Shown here in pieces: positions 27,222 to 32,000 of a stretch of DNA of 32,000 nucleotides. Source of the stretch: Synechocystis sp. PCC 6803 substr. PCC-P (GTDB lineage: Bacteria; Cyanobacteriota; Cyanobacteriia; Cyanobacteriales; Microcystaceae); NCBI RefSeq assembly GCF_000284455.1, contig NC_017039.1:3360001-3392000 (forward strand). Direction: 5' to 3'. Both the position numbers and the translations under genes were made by a program. The notes under the pieces are model-generated. The model worked only from the letters and a program-made list of their open reading frames with translations. It did no database searches and was not told the DNA's origin. Position 1 is the first letter of the stretch. Each line of letters begins with the position of its first letter.

Positions 27222-27725
27222 CTAGGGAATAATGCCGTCTTTGGTTGCTTGGACTACGGGTAGGGTGTGCAGACCATAAACCCAATCCACTAGGGAGCCA
27301 AGGAAGATTTGGATGCATACTAACACCATAAATACAGTGGCTAGCATGAGGAAAGGCAGGCTGGTTTTCAGCGGATTTCGCACCCTCAACACTCCCCGCC
27401 AAGCCGTTAACCCTGCCAAAATGGCAGACAATGACCAGCCGTTGACCGTGTGCCAATCCAATGCCGGTTGGGCCGCCGGGTAGGGCATCGCTAGAGCCGC
27501 TTCAAATTCCCCAAAAATCACTGCAAAAAAAATGGCGATCGCCGCTGTGAGCCAATTCCACCAAGCGACTTCAAAGAACCGAGGCTTTTTTTGGAGGTAG
27601 CCCACCAGTTCACTAATGTAGGCAAAGAAAACCATGCCAATGACAAAGTGGACAATGATGGGATGGAGGGTATCGGGGTAGGGCAGATTTTGGTCATTGA
27701 GGGTGAACATGGGCAGGTTCCGCAA
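27222..27725 (-). CDS. DUF2231-like polytopic membrane protein (paralog a)
   Basis: 167 aa (alternative ATG at 27710, MFTLNDQ...). It has the HPIIVHF motif at the first TM helix, four hydrophobic helices and later His residues (DWHTVNGW, VYGLH). Confidence 0.7.
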   Translation of the reverse strand: MRNLPMFTLNDQNLPYPDTLHPIIVHFVIGMVFFAYISELVGYLQKKPRFFEVAWWNWLTAAIAIFFAVIFGEFEAALAMPYPAAQPALDWHTVNGWSLSAILAGLTAWRGVLRVRNPLKTSLPFLMLATVFMVLVCIQIFLGSLVDWVYGLHTLPVVQATKDGIIP

Positions 27726-27854
27726 AGTGGTTGGGTTTGGGGGCTGAAGTTAATAGTTGCCGGTGTGGTCAGGTCAAGAACAGATTTAAATACAAATTTA
27801 GCTAATTTAAAAACTAATAAAAAATTAAAAGTAATTGGCCATAGGTTAACCCCC

Positions 27855-29429
27855 CTACCGATTCATACCGGGGCTAGGTTGGGGGACGAAAGGAGCCCTT
27901 TCCCTTTCCGGTGTTTTGAAGCCAAGGTACAACAGGACGATAAAAATCAGGGGCGCAATGATGGCGATCGCCTTGATGCCTTGGTGTTCCTGCCGTTGGG
28001 CTGGGGTCATGGCGGCCCATTTTAGTTCCTGGGCGGTGGGGGCGTGGGGACGATGGAAACGGTCGATGGTTTCTTCCGCTAGCCATTGGGTGGTGGATTT
28101 GAAGTTATGCAGAGGAGTGGGCAATAGCTCTAGATAGGTGGCATTCCGCAATAAATCCCCTGCCTTGCCTTGGATGCGTACCCGGTCAAATAAATTGGCT
28201 ACCCCATTGTTCAAGCCCAACTTCATCAATGTGCCCCGCAGTTGGGGATCGGGACTAACTAACGGTTTACCATTGTGTACCGCCATTAAATTTTTGGCGA
28301 TCGCCGCTCCTTGTTGGTAGGCAATCTGGGCCAGGGCCGGTTTGGGATTATCTTTGACTGTCACACAGTCCCCGGCGGCAAATACCTGGGGAAAACTAGG
28401 CAATTGCAAAGTACTGGTTACTAGGGGTTGCCCATGGCGATCGAGTTCCTCGGCCGGAATCTGTTCCTTGAGGGTTTTGAGTAGAGGGTTAACCGCTGTG
28501 CCGGCGGTCCAAATGGTGGTGCCAGTGTCTAAGTGGCGCAATTCCTCCTCCCCAGTTTCCACAAACTGCAAACTTTCCGGGGTAACGCTTTTGACCCCCA
28601 CCCCTAACTTCAACGTCACCGGAATAGTTCTAGCTTGCAACTCCTCCAGGGCACAGCGCTTGAGCCCGCTATTGGCATCCCCGGCCAAAATTCCCGGCGC
28701 ATGGTTGACCAAGTAAATTTTTAAATCGTTGATATTGCCCCCCATGGGCACATACCAACTGGGCAGTAAATCCGCCAACGTGGCCGCCATTTCCACCCCC
28801 GCCGGCCCGGCCCCCACGATCGCCACGGTCAATAATCTTTCTTTTTCCGCTTGATCTGCTGTGGTTAACGACTTTTCTAAACAGGCTTTGAGATGATCCC
28901 TAAGGGCGATCGCCTCGGTTTGGGAACGGAAAGCAAAGGCATTTTCTGCCGCCCCCTGGGCCCCCAAATACCCCTGCACTGACCCCACTGCCAGCACCAA
29001 ATAGTCATAATGCTGTTCTTGGCCAGAATCAAGTACTAACCGTTTTTCCTTCAATTGCACATCCGCAACTCGGGCTTGGACTATATCAATGCCGCTATCG
29101 GCCAACAATTTTTCATAACTGGGACAAACCACCGACTCTGGTAACTCTTCGGTGAGCAACTCGTAGAGCATGGGCTTAAAGACAAAATTTGCCTGGGGTT
29201 CCACTAGGACAATGGGGCCGGCGTGCTGATGATGACGCAGATGGAGAGCAGTGAATAGTCCAACAAAACCACCACCGATAATCACCGTTGTTGCTGAATC
29301 AGACGAATTAATGGCCACAGTTTTCCATCCCACTCCCGAACAAGTTTCACTATGCCCGGAGGCACTTCCCCTGTAAAGGTAGCACGCAAGTAAAAAGTGG
29401 GGCCAATTTCCTGGAAACTGGAACCCCAC
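27855..29429 (-). CDS. ndbC: Type 2 NAD(P)H dehydrogenase (NDH-2) with a C-terminal hydrophobic helix
   Basis: The longest ORF is 524 aa. A GTG at 29318 (VAINSSDSATTVIIGGGFVGL) would place the first Rossmann motif at the usual distance from the N-terminus. The second dinucleotide motif is TVAIVGAGPAGVEMA. FAAGDC is present. The C-terminal helix is AIAIIAPLIFIVLLYLGF. Confidence 0.85.
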   Translation of the reverse strand: MGFQFPGNWPHFLLACYLYRGSASGHSETCSGVGWKTVAINSSDSATTVIIGGGFVGLFTALHLRHHQHAGPIVLVEPQANFVFKPMLYELLTEELPESVVCPSYEKLLADSGIDIVQARVADVQLKEKRLVLDSGQEQHYDYLVLAVGSVQGYLGAQGAAENAFAFRSQTEAIALRDHLKACLEKSLTTADQAEKERLLTVAIVGAGPAGVEMAATLADLLPSWYVPMGGNINDLKIYLVNHAPGILAGDANSGLKRCALEELQARTIPVTLKLGVGVKSVTPESLQFVETGEEELRHLDTGTTIWTAGTAVNPLLKTLKEQIPAEELDRHGQPLVTSTLQLPSFPQVFAAGDCVTVKDNPKPALAQIAYQQGAAIAKNLMAVHNGKPLVSPDPQLRGTLMKLGLNNGVANLFDRVRIQGKAGDLLRNATYLELLPTPLHNFKSTTQWLAEETIDRFHRPHAPTAQELKWAAMTPAQRQEHQGIKAIAIIAPLIFIVLLYLGFKTPERERAPFVPQPSPGMNR

Positions 29430-29471
29430 TTAACAAAACTTAGGCCAAAGATCTTAGGTTAATCAGACGAA

Positions 29472-30014
29472 TTACATAGGAGGCAGAATTACTTGGTCAA
29501 TGACATGGATTACACCGTTGCTGGCATCCACATCGGCGGAAATGACAGTGGCTTTGTTAACTTTCACTTTGCCATCTTTGACTTTGAAGGTGAGGGCTTC
29601 CCCAGCTAGGGATGCCACTTCACCGGATTGAACCTGGGCGGCGGTGATTTTGCCAGGAACGACGTGGTAGGTCAAAATTTTCACCAATTTATCTTTGTTT
29701 TCGGGCAACAACAGACTTTCCACCGTACCAGCGGGCAGAGCGGCAAAGGCATCATTGGTGGGGGCAAAAACGGTAAAGGGGCCTTCAGCGGATAAAGCTT
29801 CCACTAAATCAGCCGCTTTGACTGCTGCAACGAGGGTACTGAAAGTTTCATTGCCTGCGGCGACTTCCACAATAGTCATGGCGCTGTCCGTGGCGGCTTG
29901 ACTAACTACGGCAGATTTTTCGGTGGTTTCCATTTCCGCCATGGCAACGGTGGGCATCCCCAGGGCAAATCCAGTCAGAGCGGTAAAAGCAACAATTCTA
30001 GCAGCGGTTTTCAT
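29472..30014 (-). CDS. Secreted fasciclin (FAS1) domain protein
   Basis: 180 aa with a signal peptide (MKTAARIVAFTALTGFALGMPTVAMA). FAS1 blocks are FSTLVAAVKAADLVEAL, PFTVFAPTNDAFAALP and NGVIHVIDQVILP. Confidence 0.85.
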   Translation of the reverse strand: MKTAARIVAFTALTGFALGMPTVAMAEMETTEKSAVVSQAATDSAMTIVEVAAGNETFSTLVAAVKAADLVEALSAEGPFTVFAPTNDAFAALPAGTVESLLLPENKDKLVKILTYHVVPGKITAAQVQSGEVASLAGEALTFKVKDGKVKVNKATVISADVDASNGVIHVIDQVILPPM

Positions 30015-30059
30015 AGCAATGTTTCCTAGTGAGAAGACTGTCCATCGCTATTATGACAA

Positions 30060-30087
30060 ATTATAAATTTTTGTGAAGAAATGTTAA
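30060..30087 (-). promoter_or_regulatory. Candidate sigma-70-type promoter for the fasciclin gene
   Basis: The minus strand reads TTAACA-16 nt-TATAAT. The -10 element ends about 46 nt upstream of the ATG at 30014. This is sequence pattern only. Confidence 0.3.
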
Positions 30088-30128
30088 GACAAAATTGCCA
30101 CTGGCACAAGCTGACCCCTGAACACAGG

Positions 30129-31280
30129 TTAGAAAATATCCGCCGGATCTGCGGCCCGCAAACGCCCCACGGCGATCGCCCCGGAAATGCAACACATGGC
30201 AATGGTCATAATTAATACAGTTAACGCCCTGGCCGTGGTCATAATCAGGGGCAAACCCGTGGCCCGGGCTGTGTTGGTGTAGAGTAGAATCCCCAAGCCA
30301 AAACTGGGTAAAAAGCCAATCACTGCTAGCAATAGGGCTTCTTGGAACACAACTCCCAACAAATAACGATCGCCGTAGCCAATGGCTTTGAGGGTGGCAT
30401 ATTCCGGTAAATGGTCAGAAACGTCGGTGTAGAGAATTTGGTAAACAATGACGGTGCCCACAATGAAACCCATAGCGGTGCCCAAACCAAAGACAAAACC
30501 AATGGTGGTGCGGGTTTGCCAATAATTCAATTCGTATTGGACTAACTTTTCCTTGGTGAAAACCTGGACATCCCCCTCGGTTAACTCTTGGCGGATTTCC
30601 TCCGCTACTTTTTCCGGATCAGCGCCGGGTTTGAGTTGCAAAATACCCGCATCAATGGAACTGCGGTCCCGATTAGGAAAAAGACGGAAGAAATTCAAAT
30701 CGCTGGTAATTAAAGTCCCATCCGCCCCAAAGGAAGAACCGAGGGTGAATAAACCCTGCACCTGGATGCGGCGATTACCCACTTCGGTGAAAACTGGGCC
30801 GTCGGCTTCTAACAGGGCCGGCACTGGGCCAAATTCTTCCCTGGAGTCTTGGTCAAACAGGAACACGTCGGGGCGCTTAATCAAATCTAAATTTTCGGCT
30901 ACCCCTGGTAGATTGATCGGATTGTTAACGGGGTTGAAACCCATGATGTAAATCTGGCGGCTGACTTTAGTTTCCGGGTTTTTCCAGCGGTTGATGTCAA
31001 TGTAGAGGCTAGTGCCATCCTTAACAGAGGCGTTGCCCATGGCCTGGTATAAACGGCGGGCTGCAAAAGGGGTGGGGTTAACAAAGGTGTCCGTTTGGGT
31101 ACTGAGAATGAATAAATCCCCTTGCAAACTTTTAGGAACCCGGACTGCACTGTCAAACAAGGCATTTTTGAACCCCAGTTGCATAAAAATCAGCACATCG
31201 GCAAAGGCAATGCCGGCGATCGCCGCCAGGAGTCGCATCCTTTCATGGAATAGCTGGTGCCAGGCAAGGGGAATTTTCAT
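30129..31280 (-). CDS. devC: DevC-family ABC exporter permease (FtsX-like)
   Basis: 383 aa. The N-terminus MKIPLAWHQLFHERMRLLAAIAGIAFADVLIFMQLGF is followed by a large periplasmic loop. The C-terminal three TM helices form an FtsX-type domain (YATLKAIGYGDRYLLGVVFQEALLLAVIGFLP). Confidence 0.8.
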   Translation of the reverse strand: MKIPLAWHQLFHERMRLLAAIAGIAFADVLIFMQLGFKNALFDSAVRVPKSLQGDLFILSTQTDTFVNPTPFAARRLYQAMGNASVKDGTSLYIDINRWKNPETKVSRQIYIMGFNPVNNPINLPGVAENLDLIKRPDVFLFDQDSREEFGPVPALLEADGPVFTEVGNRRIQVQGLFTLGSSFGADGTLITSDLNFFRLFPNRDRSSIDAGILQLKPGADPEKVAEEIRQELTEGDVQVFTKEKLVQYELNYWQTRTTIGFVFGLGTAMGFIVGTVIVYQILYTDVSDHLPEYATLKAIGYGDRYLLGVVFQEALLLAVIGFLPSFGLGILLYTNTARATGLPLIMTTARALTVLIMTIAMCCISGAIAVGRLRAADPADIF

Positions 31281-31321
31281 CTACTAATGTACTGATGGAT
31301 AAATCTTTGGTTGATTGATTG

Positions 31322-32000
31322 TTAGTTGGGGGCAGAAGGAGGAGCGCTGTCGGGTTCAATTTTGACCACCACTTTGGCGTTGCTCAAGCCGGCCACGGTT
31401 TTGCTGGCGCTGGGACTGAGGGCAATTTTTACTTCCACCACCCTGGCATCAATGTCGGCGGCGGGGTCGGAGTCCAGCACATCATTTTTGCCAATTCTCA
31501 AACCAATATTGGTAACTCGCCCTTCCAATTCACCGCTAAAGCTGTCGTTTTCACTACGCACCCAAGCAGTTTGACCTAGTTCCACCCGGCCAATGTCATT
31601 TTCATACACTTCCGCCACCACAATCATTTGGGACGTAATGCCGAGATCGAGGATGCCATTGGTATCACTAACTTTTTCTCCAGGGCGAGTATAAATTTTT
31701 AACACCTGGGAATCCACCGGAGCCCGCACCAGGGCAGTGTCCAACTCAGCTCGGGCTTCCTGGAAACGGGCCATGGCCAAATTCAATTCTGCTTTGGCTT
31801 TTTGCACATCCACCGGACGAATTTCGGCAATTTGAGATAGGGTGGCCCGGGCCGATTCCCTTTCCAGCACCATGGTTTGGGCGTCCTTATCTCGGACTGA
31901 TTGCTGTTCCCGAATTTGTTCTTCTAAAGTAGCTTCGGTTTTCATTAGCCGAGCCTGGGCTTCTCGCAAGCGCTGGTTGCTGGTCTCCAAATTCAAACGT
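31322..32000 (-). CDS. devB: DevB/HlyD-family membrane fusion protein, C-terminal part (5' end outside the window)
   Basis: The frame is open to the window edge. Coiled-coil hairpin segments (LREAQARLMKTEATLEEQIREQQ; AKAELNLAMARFQEARAELD) are followed by a beta-barrel domain (APVDSQVLKIYTRPGEKV, VVAEVYENDIGRVELGQTAWV). It lies directly upstream of devC. Confidence 0.75.
   Translation of the reverse strand, partial: RLNLETSNQRLREAQARLMKTEATLEEQIREQQSVRDKDAQTMVLERESARATLSQIAEIRPVDVQKAKAELNLAMARFQEARAELDTALVRAPVDSQVLKIYTRPGEKVSDTNGILDLGITSQMIVVAEVYENDIGRVELGQTAWVRSENDSFSGELEGRVTNIGLRIGKNDVLDSDPAADIDARVVEVKIALSPSASKTVAGLSNAKVVVKIEPDSAPPSAPN

Noticed and set aside
26521-27456. Full 311-aa minus-strand ORF from the ORF track
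   Set aside because: Its first 101 codons overlap the 3' part of the upstream DUF2231-like gene (27222-27725) in another frame and look non-protein-like. The family-typical N-terminus (MNPSLIDQ...HPNLVHF) begins at the ATG at 27153, so I call 26521-27153 instead.
1-32000. Search for CRISPR arrays, rRNA, transposases, integrases, toxin-antitoxin pairs or known anti-phage defence genes
   Set aside because: I saw no regularly spaced direct repeats and no rRNA-like sequence. None of the ORF products shows DDE or tyrosine/serine recombinase motifs, or nuclease/ATPase motifs typical of defence systems. The window looks like core chromosome.

Overview
This window looks like cyanobacterial chromosome. 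The octamer GCGATCGC (HIP1) occurs roughly once per kb; I counted about 30 copies by eye. From memory, gene content and order resemble the Synechocystis sp. PCC 6803 region around sigF, ndbC and devBC, but I could not verify this here. I support about 30 protein-coding genes, one tRNA-Val(GAC) and three copies of a roughly 120-130 nt dispersed repeat.

Most genes are ordinary housekeeping or envelope genes:
- Metabolism: aroE, hisZ, grxC, lhgO, a fructosamine-kinase-like gene, an IscA/HesB-like gene and a GT2 glycosyltransferase.
- Regulation and chromosome: sigF, scpB and a remA-like gene.
- Envelope and transport: a WD40 protein, an M23 peptidase, pgeF, an MscS channel with a cNMP-binding domain, a fasciclin protein and devB/devC.
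- Other: larB/cpmA and ndbC.

I see no rRNA, CRISPR array, transposase, prophage or recognisable defence island.

The candidates most worth a second look are:
1. A tandem trio of strongly diverged AIM24/DUF124-like paralogs (17957-20224). It has no known bacterial function and sits between two peptidoglycan-related genes.
2. The type-2 NADH dehydrogenase gene ndbC followed on the same strand by two paralogous His-bearing DUF2231-like membrane proteins (26521-29429).
3. A 765-aa secreted protein whose predicted beta-barrel is interrupted by a roughly 330-aa coiled coil (13118-15415). Inverted copies of the dispersed repeat bracket this gene.
4. An 843-aa nucleotidyltransferase fusion whose phosphomannomutase-like half has lost both catalytic motifs.

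All functional calls rest on motif recognition by eye, not on database searches.
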